A stretch of 64,000 nt of DNA, from positions 32,001 through 96,000 of the forward strand of contig JAWCCZ010000001.1 of the NCBI GenBank assembly GCA_038861545.1, given 5' to 3'. The translations under genes and the position numbers were made by a program. Below the pieces are notes generated by a model. The model was not told where the DNA came from and ran no database searches. It saw nothing but the letters and a program-made list of their open reading frames with translations. Positions within the stretch are counted from its first letter, which is position 1, and every line of letters starts with the position of its first letter. This stretch comes from Thermofilaceae archaeon. Its GTDB lineage: Archaea > Thermoproteota > Thermoprotei > Thermofilales > Thermofilaceae. This document shows positions 30,654 to 40,109 of this stretch, piece after piece.

Positions 30654-32564
30654 ATGGAGTTCTTAACAAGCTCGATAGCTGATTTAAGAAGGAAGATACT
30701 TGAGTATCTTCCTCCTGAATGTGAAGTAACACGAATAGAATTTGAAGGACCAAAGGTGGCTATTTATACAAAGAACGTTTCAATATTCGTTAAGGATGGA
30801 GAAAAACTTGTTAAAGAAATAGTAAAAAACTTAAAAAAAAGGATAATAGTACGAAGTGAAGAGAGTATCAGACAACAACCAGAGAGAGCTGAGCAAATGA
30901 TAAAAACATTGGTACCTCCTGAGGCATGTATTCAAAGAATATTCTTCAATGAAGCTTTAGGGGAAGTCGAGATAGAAGCCGAGAAACCTGGATACGTTAT
31001 AGGTAAAGGCGGCGAGACGAGGAGAGCAATCTTCGAGTTAACAGGTTGGTATCCCAAGATACTGAGAACGCCTGCATTACACTCAAATACCATGGTAGAA
31101 GTTCGTGAGCTATTAAGGGCCAGAAGTGAGGAGAAGGCTAGGTTACTAAAAGCTACTGGTAATAGAATTTTTAGAGCAAAACTTTTCGAAAATGATTACA
31201 TCAGGATAATTGGCCTGGGGTCTTTTCAAGAAGTTGGCCGAAGTGCTATACTTATTCAGACTCCAGAAAGCCAAGTGCTTCTTGATGCTGGTATTAAACC
31301 GACATCTAATGGGGATGAGTATCCCATGCTAGAAGCCCCTGAGTTCGACATCGATAAATTAGATGCCGTTATTATAACCCATTCACATTTAGACCACTGC
31401 GGGGCTCTCCCATATCTTTTCAAGTACGGGTATAGAGGACCTGTCTACATGACTGAACCTACGCTTTACTTAGCTAAATTAGTACAAGAGGACTATCTTA
31501 AGGTAGCTGAGCGGGAAGGACGTCCTCTTCCGTATAGTCTTAAGGATGTAGCGACGTCTGTACTACACACCTACACTTTGAGTTATGGTGAAGTGACAGA
31601 TATAGCTCCTGACATGAAGCTAACTTTTTACAAATCTGGGCATATATTGGGTGGGGCAATTGCTCATTTACATATAGGTGAAGGTCTAGTGAACATAGTC
31701 TATACCGGTGACTTTAAGTTTGAACACACACTATTATTCGAACCAGCGGAAAACAGGTTTCCGAGGCTTGAAGTGCTGATAATGGAGGCAACTTACAGTG
31801 GAGTTAATGATGTGCTTCCGGGCAGGGATGAGGCCTTTAAACAGCTCGCGGACATCGTGAGGGAGACGCTGAACAGGAATGGGAACGTATTGATACCCGT
31901 TCTAGCGGTCGGCAGAGCCCAGGAGGTGTTGCTAGCTTTAAAGTTGGCGATGGAGAATGGGTTAATACCACAGGTACCAATATTCATTGAAGGCATGATA
32001 GACGATGTGAATGCAATCCATACGGCTTTTCCCGAATATTTAGAGCAAAAAGTCGGTGAGATGATACTACACAAAGAAAATCCATTTGCAGCTCCAAATA
32101 TACATATCATGAAGGGCGACGACAGAGAAGAGGTGTTAACTGCAAGGCCGTGTATAGTAATTGCAACATCTGGCATGCTAACAGGAGGTCCCGTGATGGA
32201 ATATCTGAAGTTGTTAGCCGAGGATGAAAGTAGTTCGCTGGTATTCGTCAGCTACCAGGTTGAAGGTACTCTTGGACGGAAGATCATAGAGGGAATGAGA
32301 AAACTTACATTCACTGACCCCAAAGGAAGAATGGAGGTCAGGGAGCTAAAGATATCTGTACACAGGGTTGAGGGCTTTTCGGGGCACAGTGATAGGAGAC
32401 AATTGCTAGCATACCTCAGGAGGGTTCAACCTCAACCTAAAAAAGTGATTCTGAACCACGGAGAGCGGGGCAAAATACGGGAGTTCGCTAGGTTTATAGC
32501 TCAAAGATCTACTGGAGTTGAAGTCTATGTGCCTGAGAACCTAGAAGGAATCAGAGCTATTTAG
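30654..32564 (+). CDS. fttA: Beta-CASP ribonuclease aCPSF1 / termination factor FttA
   Basis: N-terminal KH domains (EFEGP, KPGYVIGKGG), EVGRS, THSHLDH, GHILG, GFSGHSD and LNHGE motifs; follows psmB. Confidence 0.95.
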   Translation: MEFLTSSIADLRRKILEYLPPECEVTRIEFEGPKVAIYTKNVSIFVKDGEKLVKEIVKNLKKRIIVRSEESIRQQPERAEQMIKTLVPPEACIQRIFFNEALGEVEIEAEKPGYVIGKGGETRRAIFELTGWYPKILRTPALHSNTMVEVRELLRARSEEKARLLKATGNRIFRAKLFENDYIRIIGLGSFQEVGRSAILIQTPESQVLLDAGIKPTSNGDEYPMLEAPEFDIDKLDAVIITHSHLDHCGALPYLFKYGYRGPVYMTEPTLYLAKLVQEDYLKVAEREGRPLPYSLKDVATSVLHTYTLSYGEVTDIAPDMKLTFYKSGHILGGAIAHLHIGEGLVNIVYTGDFKFEHTLLFEPAENRFPRLEVLIMEATYSGVNDVLPGRDEAFKQLADIVRETLNRNGNVLIPVLAVGRAQEVLLALKLAMENGLIPQVPIFIEGMIDDVNAIHTAFPEYLEQKVGEMILHKENPFAAPNIHIMKGDDREEVLTARPCIVIATSGMLTGGPVMEYLKLLAEDESSSLVFVSYQVEGTLGRKIIEGMRKLTFTDPKGRMEVRELKISVHRVEGFSGHSDRRQLLAYLRRVQPQPKKVILNHGERGKIREFARFIAQRSTGVEVYVPENLEGIRAI

Positions 32565-32671
32565 GTTACGCTGTGCCCTATTATTACATAATGATTTTTC
32601 ACATTTTTTATAGAGTATGCTCATAAAATCGACAGAAAATTTAAATATCTCTTTACGAAGGATTAGCCGAA

Positions 32672-33106
32672 ATGAGCTCAATAGTTGATGAAAAAGATTT
32701 AGAGATTATAAAGTTGCTTGAAGAAAATGCTCGAATGCCTTTAACTAGAATAGCGGAGAAAATCGGTATGAGTGATGTAGCGATAAGGAAAAGACTGAAA
32801 AGACTTGAAGATGATGGGATCATAAGAGCCTATAGGTTAAGATTAGACCATGCGAAGCTAGGCTATAGGGCTAGAGCAATCATTGGTTTTAATGTAGAAG
32901 CTGGACGGTTATTAGAAGTGGTTAGGTCATTATCTGGTAATCCCAACACGAAGTTTCTAGCGATAACATCAGGTGACCATATGGTAATAGTAGATTATTG
33001 GGCTAAGGATAACGCCGAACTAGAGAAATTTGTGAATGAGCTTAAAGAAAAGTATAATGTGAAAGATGTAATGCCTTCATTGGTTTTAGAAATAGTCAAA
33101 GAGTAG
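32672..33106 (+). CDS. Lrp/AsnC family regulator (LrpA-like)
   Basis: DEKDLEII..L.ENAR....IA..IG.S..AIRKRLKRLE..GII; RAM domain with TSGDHM. Confidence 0.92.
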   Translation: MSSIVDEKDLEIIKLLEENARMPLTRIAEKIGMSDVAIRKRLKRLEDDGIIRAYRLRLDHAKLGYRARAIIGFNVEAGRLLEVVRSLSGNPNTKFLAITSGDHMVIVDYWAKDNAELEKFVNELKEKYNVKDVMPSLVLEIVKE

Positions 33107-33224
33107 ACAAATCACCGTTAAATGAGTCTAAAAATAACATGGATAGACGTAGTCTATTCTTTACAACTAAATTATGATAAAAAGTTTAAAGTTTATTAAG
33201 CTATATTGGTCATAAAGTTTTGCT

Positions 33225-33716
33225 ATGTCGGACGAGCTTGATAAAGCTCTATTGAAAGAGCTTATGGTTAATGCCCGTGTACCGCTTACAGAAGTTGCCA
33301 AGAAATTAAATGTAGCTAGGACAACACTATCTGAGAGACTTGAGAAACTGGAAGAAAGTGGAGTAATCAAAGGTTATAGACTGGATCTCGATCCTCGAAA
33401 GCTTGGCTATAAATACACGGCTTTTGTGCTTGTGAAAGCTAAAAGAGGTGAATTAAAGGGTGTAAAACCCAGCCAGGAAGTCTTAGCTGAAAAAATAGTA
33501 GAAGATTGTCGTTCGAAGAAAGGCCTACCTTGGATAGAAGAAGTACATATTATAACGGGGGAATACGATCTCCTTCTTAAACTATGGGCACGCGAATGGG
33601 ATGAGCTGACCAATTTCCTTATTCGTTACATGCCCTCTCACGCGGATGTTACTCAAACACATACCATGCTTGTTTTAAAGACAACATATGATGACCCTAG
33701 ACCCTATAACTTATAA
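33225..33716 (+). CDS. Lrp/AsnC family regulator
   Basis: DELDKALL.EL..NAR....EVA HTH; EVHIITGEYDLLLK RAM domain. Confidence 0.92.
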   Translation: MSDELDKALLKELMVNARVPLTEVAKKLNVARTTLSERLEKLEESGVIKGYRLDLDPRKLGYKYTAFVLVKAKRGELKGVKPSQEVLAEKIVEDCRSKKGLPWIEEVHIITGEYDLLLKLWAREWDELTNFLIRYMPSHADVTQTHTMLVLKTTYDDPRPYNL

Positions 33717-33790
33717 CAATCCAAGTATCACTAGAGAGTAAACCTTATTCCTAATTAGCAGAGGCAATTACAAAATAGTTATGGATGTAG

Positions 33791-33864
33791 TGGGGCCGCC
33801 GGGATTTGAACCCGGGACCACGTGGGCCCGAGCCACGCATCCTACCAAGCTGGACTACGGCCCC
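33791..33864 (-). tRNA. tRNA-Pro(CGG), intronless
   Basis: GGGGCCG/CGGCCCC acceptor, anticodon arm CGTGG-CTCGGGC-CCACG, T-loop TTCAAAT. Confidence 0.95.
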
Positions 33865-34262
33865 TTCAAACTTTTCGGTTTATTTTTAAATCCGCCGGTT
33901 TATACACGGTTTTACCTGGGTGTTCCAAAGGGAGGTATTTTAGAGCTTTTAGGCTTTACCGCCCTCGATTAAAGTATAAGTTTCAGAGCTTTATCATGAA
34001 TCTTGTTTTGGTCACGTTTTTCTCTTTAAGGTTAGCTACAGGGGCCCAGCCGTTTTCAAGCCGTTCCTCTACTTCGGAGTATGATCGTATTTTGTAATTG
34101 TCTCATATGATGTCATATATTTCACAGCTATAGTAAACGGTACACGTTCTCTCAATCAATAGAACATACGCGTATTTACATGTATACTCAACTATAATCC
34201 TTCCTTTTCAGCGAACGCGATAAAGATAAAGGGCATCATTAGGTAACTTATATAGAGTATAC

Positions 34263-35048
34263 TTGGTCTGCAATGTTGAGGACTTAGAAGCCAAGGTAAA
34301 GAGAATAAAGGAGGAGAGAAAAGTTAAGGATAGTAGACTTTTCGAGATAGTTGAAGAAGTATTTGACCTTAGAACGCTTATGGCACTATACGAGCTTCTG
34401 AACAAGGGAATTATCAGCAGAATGTACGGGGTAATTGCAGCAGGGAAGGAGGCAAGGATCTATTGGGCGCAAACTCCAAGGGGAGAAGATGTAGCGGTAA
34501 AGATATTCCTGGTTCAATCAGCAGAATTTAGAAAAAATAGACTAATATACATTCAAGGAGATCCGCGTTTTAAAAAAGTTAAGAAAGGACTTAGAAACAT
34601 TATAGATTTATGGTGTACCAAGGAGTTCATTAACTTGAATAGGGCTTATAACTCAGGGGTCAGAGTACCTCGCCCGTATGCGAGGAATTACAATGTTCTA
34701 GTAATGGAGTTTATAGGAAACCCTGAACATAGGGGGAAGCCGGCTCCACTCCTTAAGGAGGTCAATCTGGAGAATCCTGAGGAAACTTTTAACACTATTA
34801 AAGGGTTTATTGAAAGGCTATATTTAGATGCAAAGCTGGTGCACGGTGATTTTTCAGAGTACAATGTTATGGTTAAGGGAAATGAACTTATATTAATCGA
34901 TTTTGGATCAGCTGTTGATATTCGTCATCCTCTGGCAACGAAGTTTTTAAGCAGAGACATTAATAATATCTACACGTTTTTCCGAAAGCTTGGTGTTAAG
35001 ACAGGATCTCCTGAGGAATTCTATTTTAAGTTAACTTCGATGGTTTAG
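34263..35048 (+). CDS. rio1: RIO1 serine/threonine kinase
   Basis: GKEARIY, AVKIF, YIQGDPRF, KEFINL, LVHGDFSEYN, IDFGSAV motifs. Confidence 0.94.
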   Translation: MVCNVEDLEAKVKRIKEERKVKDSRLFEIVEEVFDLRTLMALYELLNKGIISRMYGVIAAGKEARIYWAQTPRGEDVAVKIFLVQSAEFRKNRLIYIQGDPRFKKVKKGLRNIIDLWCTKEFINLNRAYNSGVRVPRPYARNYNVLVMEFIGNPEHRGKPAPLLKEVNLENPEETFNTIKGFIERLYLDAKLVHGDFSEYNVMVKGNELILIDFGSAVDIRHPLATKFLSRDINNIYTFFRKLGVKTGSPEEFYFKLTSMV

Positions 35049-35058
35049 ATCATGCCGA

Positions 35059-35388
35059 TTACTCAGAACCGAGAATTTTCCTTAGGTTCCCGAGAAGTCC
35101 CATTTTTTCAAGCTTGCTTAGTTCTCCGCTGTCATACCTGTGTATAATGTCTCCTTTTTCATTATGCTGGAATTCCCAAGGAGCTACTAGGACTACATCT
35201 CCAACCCTCATCCAGACTCGTTTCTTCATTCTCCCAGGTATCCTGCATAACCTAACATTACCATCTTCACAGAGAACCTTAGCCCTATCATAGCCTAGAA
35301 ACTGTTGTATTACGCCAAGTATGGTTTCTCTGTTATCAGGTAACGGGGTTTCCTCCCTACTCTCATCAGGGGTTTTTCTTTTAGGCAC
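35059..35388 (-). CDS. eif1a: Translation initiation factor aIF-1A
   Basis: C.DGNVRLCRIPGRMKKRVW.R.GDVVLV.PW.F...KGDII.RY motif. Confidence 0.95.
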   Translation of the reverse strand: MPKRKTPDESREETPLPDNRETILGVIQQFLGYDRAKVLCEDGNVRLCRIPGRMKKRVWMRVGDVVLVAPWEFQHNEKGDIIHRYDSGELSKLEKMGLLGNLRKILGSE

Positions 35389-35446
35389 AAATCGAGCAAA
35401 AATCCCATGAATAAGTATCTTCCGCTCCCAGTAAAACTCCTGAATG

Positions 35447-36508
35447 CTAAAGTAAGGGTACTAGCAGGAAATAGTCGTCAATACGGAATAAAACAGCATG
35501 TGAACCTTCTTTAATCCACGGGCTTTTCTTAACGGTGGGTATCGAATAAACCCTGTTATTAGCTAAACTTATTGTTTGCACCTCTTTTTCCCCTATCAAA
35601 AATACGAGTACGATCTCACCTTCCTCTTTCCTACAAATTACTCGGCTTTCCTCTATAAGGGACTTGGAAACCCTAAGGTTTTCTTCCTCCATTTTCTCTA
35701 AAGATATAGTTTTTACTAGCTTATTACTTAATCCAAGCACGTAATAGTCTTTACCGTGGTAATTCACAACATCTCCGATCCTGAACTCCGGAAGCATCAC
35801 CCTGTACGTTACTTTAGCTCTAAGCTTACCACTTGGATCTATACCGGCATTTTTTCTTGTTTCAAGTATAGTTACTGGAAACTCGCGCTCAATGCTTTTA
35901 AGCACAATTTTAGCCGTTGACAAGGAGGAGAAGAGAAAATCAATTGTTCCCTTCGACTCTATAATGTCAAACAAGTCAATACATCCACGCTGAGTGGAGT
36001 TGAGAGCTTTATCAACAACGCTCTTCAGCCTTCTAACCTCATCCGAAGCCAATAATCTCCCTTTAGCACGTATTTGAATTCGTGCTACCTCTTTTTTTGA
36101 TTTAGCATTGATACAAGCATCACACAAGCTCCAGTGGATTCTATATGTAAACTCGTATTTTTCATCGTAGCATTTCATTCCCTGTTCGGCAGAACCTGAG
36201 GCTACAACTAAGGCCATATTCTCTGTGATACACTCAATACGTAATTCCTTTATTAGACCTCTACTTTCAATACAATTGTAAAGGGCTGCTCTCAATGCTT
36301 GGGCAATTGGATTATCCTCTTTTGATAGGATCCATTTTCCTTTAGCCTTGTATGCTCCACAAAGCTTGCAGATAGTTACTTCAACCGGCTCAGGTATCTT
36401 AAGGAGAGGATTAGCTCGCTTATAGCATTCTTCGCATAATCCGTTAAAAAAAGCATCCGCTGGTTTTCCGCAGATAGGGCAGATTCTTGAACCCATTTTT
36501 TTGTCCAT
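35447..36508 (-). CDS. nmd3: NMD3-like ribosome maturation protein
   Basis: CPICG..GLC..C, C..CG, C..C zinc motifs, A.IQIRA, C-terminal eIF5A-like domains. Confidence 0.88.
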   Translation of the reverse strand: MDKKMGSRICPICGKPADAFFNGLCEECYKRANPLLKIPEPVEVTICKLCGAYKAKGKWILSKEDNPIAQALRAALYNCIESRGLIKELRIECITENMALVVASGSAEQGMKCYDEKYEFTYRIHWSLCDACINAKSKKEVARIQIRAKGRLLASDEVRRLKSVVDKALNSTQRGCIDLFDIIESKGTIDFLFSSLSTAKIVLKSIEREFPVTILETRKNAGIDPSGKLRAKVTYRVMLPEFRIGDVVNYHGKDYYVLGLSNKLVKTISLEKMEEENLRVSKSLIEESRVICRKEEGEIVLVFLIGEKEVQTISLANNRVYSIPTVKKSPWIKEGSHAVLFRIDDYFLLVPLL

Positions 36509-36527
36509 GATAGACCTCGAAATTTCT

Positions 36528-36830
36528 TTACTTCAAAATCAGTTGAACATGAAGCTTTCCTTCCAGTTCAACCGCCGCCTCTGTTACTACACTTATTCTT
36601 TCAGCTATCGCTTTTACTACATGGTTACCAATAGCGTTCACTATAGTCGCCTCTTTTAAGTAATCCCAGAGTGTAGAAATAGGTATCCTTTCTCCGCCGT
36701 AAAATTCTTTATCAATCTTTACTTCAAAACCATTAGCGCACAGCGATGAACCTAAGAGTTCTTCATCACAGACAGCTACAACTACATCTTTACCGAACTT
36801 ATGAACCTTTACGTAGCACCAAGCCTCCAT
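36528..36830 (-). CDS. DUF424 family protein
   Basis: VVAVCDEELLG, EFYGG, ATIVN..G motifs. Confidence 0.88.
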   Translation of the reverse strand: MEAWCYVKVHKFGKDVVVAVCDEELLGSSLCANGFEVKIDKEFYGGERIPISTLWDYLKEATIVNAIGNHVVKAIAERISVVTEAAVELEGKLHVQLILK

Positions 36831-36907
36831 TACATAACCTACACTAACTAACTGTTATATCAACCTTACAGTATAGTGTGACTTAAATAACCCATTAAAA
36901 TTTATTC

Positions 36908-36974
36908 CATGCCCCAATGATGATGGCTGGTATAGCTCGACCGAGGATGAGCGACACCAGATTTGAGGGGCATG
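36908..36974 (+). ncRNA. Box C/D guide sRNA (16S helix 18)
   Basis: 8-bp terminal stem CATGCCCC/GGGGCATG, C box ATGATGA, C' GGATGA, D TTGA. Guides GGCTGGTAT and GACACCAGAT complement 16S 15763-15771 and 15740-15749. TATA-like TTAAATA at ~36883. Confidence 0.88.
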
Positions 36975-36999
36975 AATATTCCTAACGGATATTTTGCTC

Positions 37000-37719
37000 C
37001 TATCCTAGTCTTTTTGAAGCGTATACGACTATGCCTTTTCCGGGTATAACATCGAATTGATAAACAGCTGGTTCAGCAGGTCTCCATCGCATTTTTCTAA
37101 CCCATATTGTTCGAACGTTTCGTCCTCCGACGTTTCTGAGACCCAAAACAAATACTCCTGTAGCTAAGAATTCCTCTACGCCGAAACGGCTTAGCTGAGC
37201 AGTACCTGTAGGAATTTCTGATGTGACAAGTGTTGTTGTCTTAAGGTCACGCTCTATAGATACCACTAGGTTTCTAACATACTCTCGCATCTTTACTACA
37301 CTCTCTCCCTCAACAACGAGTGGTGCAATGGGGTCTATAACTAGCCGAGTTGCATGCGTTCGTTTAACTTCATCCCTGAGACTTCCTACTATGGATTCGA
37401 CTATAGTGTCTATCGACTTGCTTCTAACTCTCTCTATAAAATCTGGGAGTATGGTCATTACGCTTAACCTGCCTTGTTCCATGAGAGGGTTTAGATCCCA
37501 ACCGAATGCTAAAGCTCCATCAACAAAACTTTCATATTCTTCATCTACTAGCAGATAAATACCATTTTCTCCTCGACTTGCTCCGTGCAGAATATAGTTT
37601 AAAGCGAACAAAGTCTTGCAAGTGCCTGTCTCTCCCGCTATTAGGTATGTTCGACCTTTAATGAACCCACCGCCGATGAGTGGGTCTAATCCTTCAATAC
37701 CTGTTTCCACCAAATCCAT
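37000..37719 (-). CDS. KaiC-like/RAD55 RecA-superfamily ATPase
   Basis: TGIEGLD.LIGGG, GETGTCKT, RLVIDP, EEFLATGV and RKMR motifs. Confidence 0.9.
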   Translation of the reverse strand: MDLVETGIEGLDPLIGGGFIKGRTYLIAGETGTCKTLFALNYILHGASRGENGIYLLVDEEYESFVDGALAFGWDLNPLMEQGRLSVMTILPDFIERVRSKSIDTIVESIVGSLRDEVKRTHATRLVIDPIAPLVVEGESVVKMREYVRNLVVSIERDLKTTTLVTSEIPTGTAQLSRFGVEEFLATGVFVLGLRNVGGRNVRTIWVRKMRWRPAEPAVYQFDVIPGKGIVVYASKRLG

Positions 37720-38452
37720 GGTTAATTCCTCCTCTTTGTTTTAAGGGATTCCTTTGGCCTTTTGTATTTAAAATATTTTTTGAATAATAATTTTCGTCAA
37801 CTTTAAGCACATTCATAAGTATTTCCCTAACAAATTCATCTGAGGGTACGACGCGCGTAGCGTTAAATTTCATGCTCAACGCGTGTTTTAAGGTTTCTTT
37901 CTCTAACCGGTTTCTAACATCTCCGTTAGCGATTGCTTGAGCAACCCTGAAAGCGATATAGAATCTCTTGAAACCATTTATTTTGTGATCAAGGTTTGGT
38001 AATAACTCTTCCAATCTATTTAACAGCCTAGCAAGGTAATCTTCATTCTTAAATCCGAGAATAGTGGTTGTAGCTGCAAGCCTAGCGATTCTGAATACGA
38101 CGTTTTCATCGGTACTTCCAAGCTCCTTCTCGATGGCCTCAATTCCCTCTCCTCTGCTTAACCTTTCAGCCGCTCTTTCAGCCTTTACTTCTAAGCTAAG
38201 TATATGTCCATACAAATCGGGGTACTCATCGGGACTTAACCCTAACCCGTACTTGGCTATTACGTAGACGGTACACATTTCTTTATCAAAAATATCCACT
38301 TTAGTCCAACCTCTAATTGGCTCGATACCGGAGGAATCGTAAAGTTCTTCGAGCCTTTTAACCGCGCTCTTTCGATCTTCTATGGAGCCCTTAACTATTT
38401 CAGAAATAAGAGTCAAGCTAGCCTCTATTCTCCCCCCATGCAGATACTTCAC
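37694..38452 (-). CDS. DUF2192 family protein
   Basis: I.PIRG....DIFDKEM..VYVIAKYGLGL and R.YIAFRVA..IA.G.VRN...KE..K.A motifs. Confidence 0.75.
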   Translation of the reverse strand: MKYLHGGRIEASLTLISEIVKGSIEDRKSAVKRLEELYDSSGIEPIRGWTKVDIFDKEMCTVYVIAKYGLGLSPDEYPDLYGHILSLEVKAERAAERLSRGEGIEAIEKELGSTDENVVFRIARLAATTTILGFKNEDYLARLLNRLEELLPNLDHKINGFKRFYIAFRVAQAIANGDVRNRLEKETLKHALSMKFNATRVVPSDEFVREILMNVLKVDENYYSKNILNTKGQRNPLKQRGGINHGFGGNRY

Positions 38453-38964
38453 GTAGATATCCCCTTGTTCTCTACAATGATTCTACACCGAAGCGGAATT
38501 TTTGATGAAGCTCTGCGGAGGGCTTCCTTAGCATACTCTAGGTTGTTCTCATTGACTTGGATCTGCATTAATATTTGATTATTTTCAACTCTTGCTGCTC
38601 TTCCTACAGGAGTTCCGAAAGATAGTCTCATACCGTCTTGAAGTCGGTCAGCGCCGGCCATAGCCATCATTTTATTTTCCCTTAAAATATGGTGGGGAAA
38701 TATGCAAATCTTGAGGTAGTAATTCTGTTCACCGAGTTTCGTAGACAGGTATTTGTTGGCGATTTGCCTAGCAGCTTCTATGGCATTTTGCCTCACTTGT
38801 CCTGAACGTAGGGCAATGAGCTTAACCGTGTGAGAAAAATTACCTTTAGGATTACCTAAGTCAAACTTGGGTATAGTTACTGGAGGTATGCTTTTAATAT
38901 ACTCTAACCTAGTGTAAGGCGGCGTGCCGAACCTCCTATAGCAGCGGCCTGGTCTAAGTGGCAT
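38449..38964 (-). CDS. rpl10e: 50S ribosomal protein L10e (uL16)
   Basis: RPGRCYR, YTR.EYI, EAARQ.ANKYL, PHHILRENKM..AGADRLQDGMR.SFG.P.G motifs. Confidence 0.97.
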   Translation of the reverse strand: MPLRPGRCYRRFGTPPYTRLEYIKSIPPVTIPKFDLGNPKGNFSHTVKLIALRSGQVRQNAIEAARQIANKYLSTKLGEQNYYLKICIFPHHILRENKMMAMAGADRLQDGMRLSFGTPVGRAARVENNQILMQIQVNENNLEYAKEALRRASSKIPLRCRIIVENKGIST

Positions 38965-38995
38965 ATTTACACCCAGCTTGTCATTTTTTCTCTAT

Positions 38996-39733
38996 TTATA
39001 TTCGTTGCTCTCCATCTTTCTCGGTTATGTCTCGAATTTTATCATAAGCTTTTCTGATGACTCCTAGGAGCATTCGAACATCAGAGTCTGTGAACGGTGA
39101 TCCTCCTATGAGTCTTCTAATCATTAAACAGGCTCTTTCAGCCCGCTCCTTGCTGCCACCTAGAGTCAATATTAAGTTTCTCCAGTAATGGAGGAGGAGT
39201 TCAACTTCTTCTCGTTTAGGCAGTCTTTGCAGAGAGAGGGTTAGACCAGCCTGTTTGTAAATTTCATAGAATATTATAGCCGATGCATGTGAGACGTTCA
39301 GTATTGGGTACCCCGGGTTCGTCGGTATAAATACCACTATGTCGCAGAGGGATAGTTCACTGTTTGTAAGCCCGATATCCTCTCTTCCCAGAACTATTAG
39401 TACATTTCCAGTTTGTTGAATAACCCTTTTAGCAAATTCAGCAGGTGTTATCCATCGCCTTACATTGCTTAATTCTCTAGCAACAACCCCAGTTGTACCT
39501 GCAATTAAATCATAATTTTCTTTGAGGTTTTCTAAGTTTGAAACCACATGCGCTTTAGACAGCACATCTTGAGCATGAGCAGCGAAGCGGAAGGCTTCAC
39601 TCCCAATTATACATCGGGGTTTTACAAGCACTAGCTTGCTTAAACCGAAGTTTTTCATACATCTGGCAACGTAACCTACATTTATTTCGTAAAGAGGTTC
39701 AACAAAAGCTACTGTTATATCCTCAGGCCTCAT
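38996..39733 (-). CDS. trmJ: SPOUT tRNA (C32) 2'-O-methyltransferase TrmJ
   Basis: VEP....NVG.VAR.MKNFG, GREDIGLTN.EL, IPT...YP.LNVSHA..I..YE motifs. Confidence 0.88.
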   Translation of the reverse strand: MRPEDITVAFVEPLYEINVGYVARCMKNFGLSKLVLVKPRCIIGSEAFRFAAHAQDVLSKAHVVSNLENLKENYDLIAGTTGVVARELSNVRRWITPAEFAKRVIQQTGNVLIVLGREDIGLTNSELSLCDIVVFIPTNPGYPILNVSHASAIIFYEIYKQAGLTLSLQRLPKREEVELLLHYWRNLILTLGGSKERAERACLMIRRLIGGSPFTDSDVRMLLGVIRKAYDKIRDITEKDGEQRI

Positions 39734-39807
39734 ATTCTCACTTGCCTGAAATAGACAGCCAAATTAATAGTGACTCTCCAGTTAGATTGCAATAAAAATT
39801 GGTAACA

Positions 39808-39868
39808 AATATCAGTCGAGACAGGTTCGCTCATCTCTCGCTCCGTCTCTTCTACCTCATCTGTTTTT
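39808..39868 (-). ncRNA. Box C/D guide sRNA (23S domain V)
   Basis: Minus strand: C-like CAGATGA, guide GAAGAGACGG, D'-like GCGA, C' AGATGA, guide ACCTGTCTCG, D CTGA. Guides complement 23S 19581-19590 and 19671-19680. Confidence 0.82.
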
Positions 39869-40109
39869 CATAGATCTATCATAATTTAAAATTTTTACTG
39901 TTAAAAGAAATGCAACTATCCGCAGTGAGGCAGAGTGCGGAGTACTGTAATTTTTAACATATACTTATACGCTATTTGTATGAATAAGTGAATAAACTTG
40001 TGTGGTAATTTGTTTCAATTCTCAAATATAAAAGTCAGGTTAGTTTGACTACTATTGCTACCCGTAGACTTTTTAAGTCCGTAGCTGGGTGAAGGCAGGA
40101 GTATGTATT

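Noticed and set aside
35406-35445. Segment partly complementary to 16S (~15859-15873) between ATGA and CTGA
   Set aside because: No real C box or C'/D' pair; better explained as the minus-strand BRE/TATA of eif1a.
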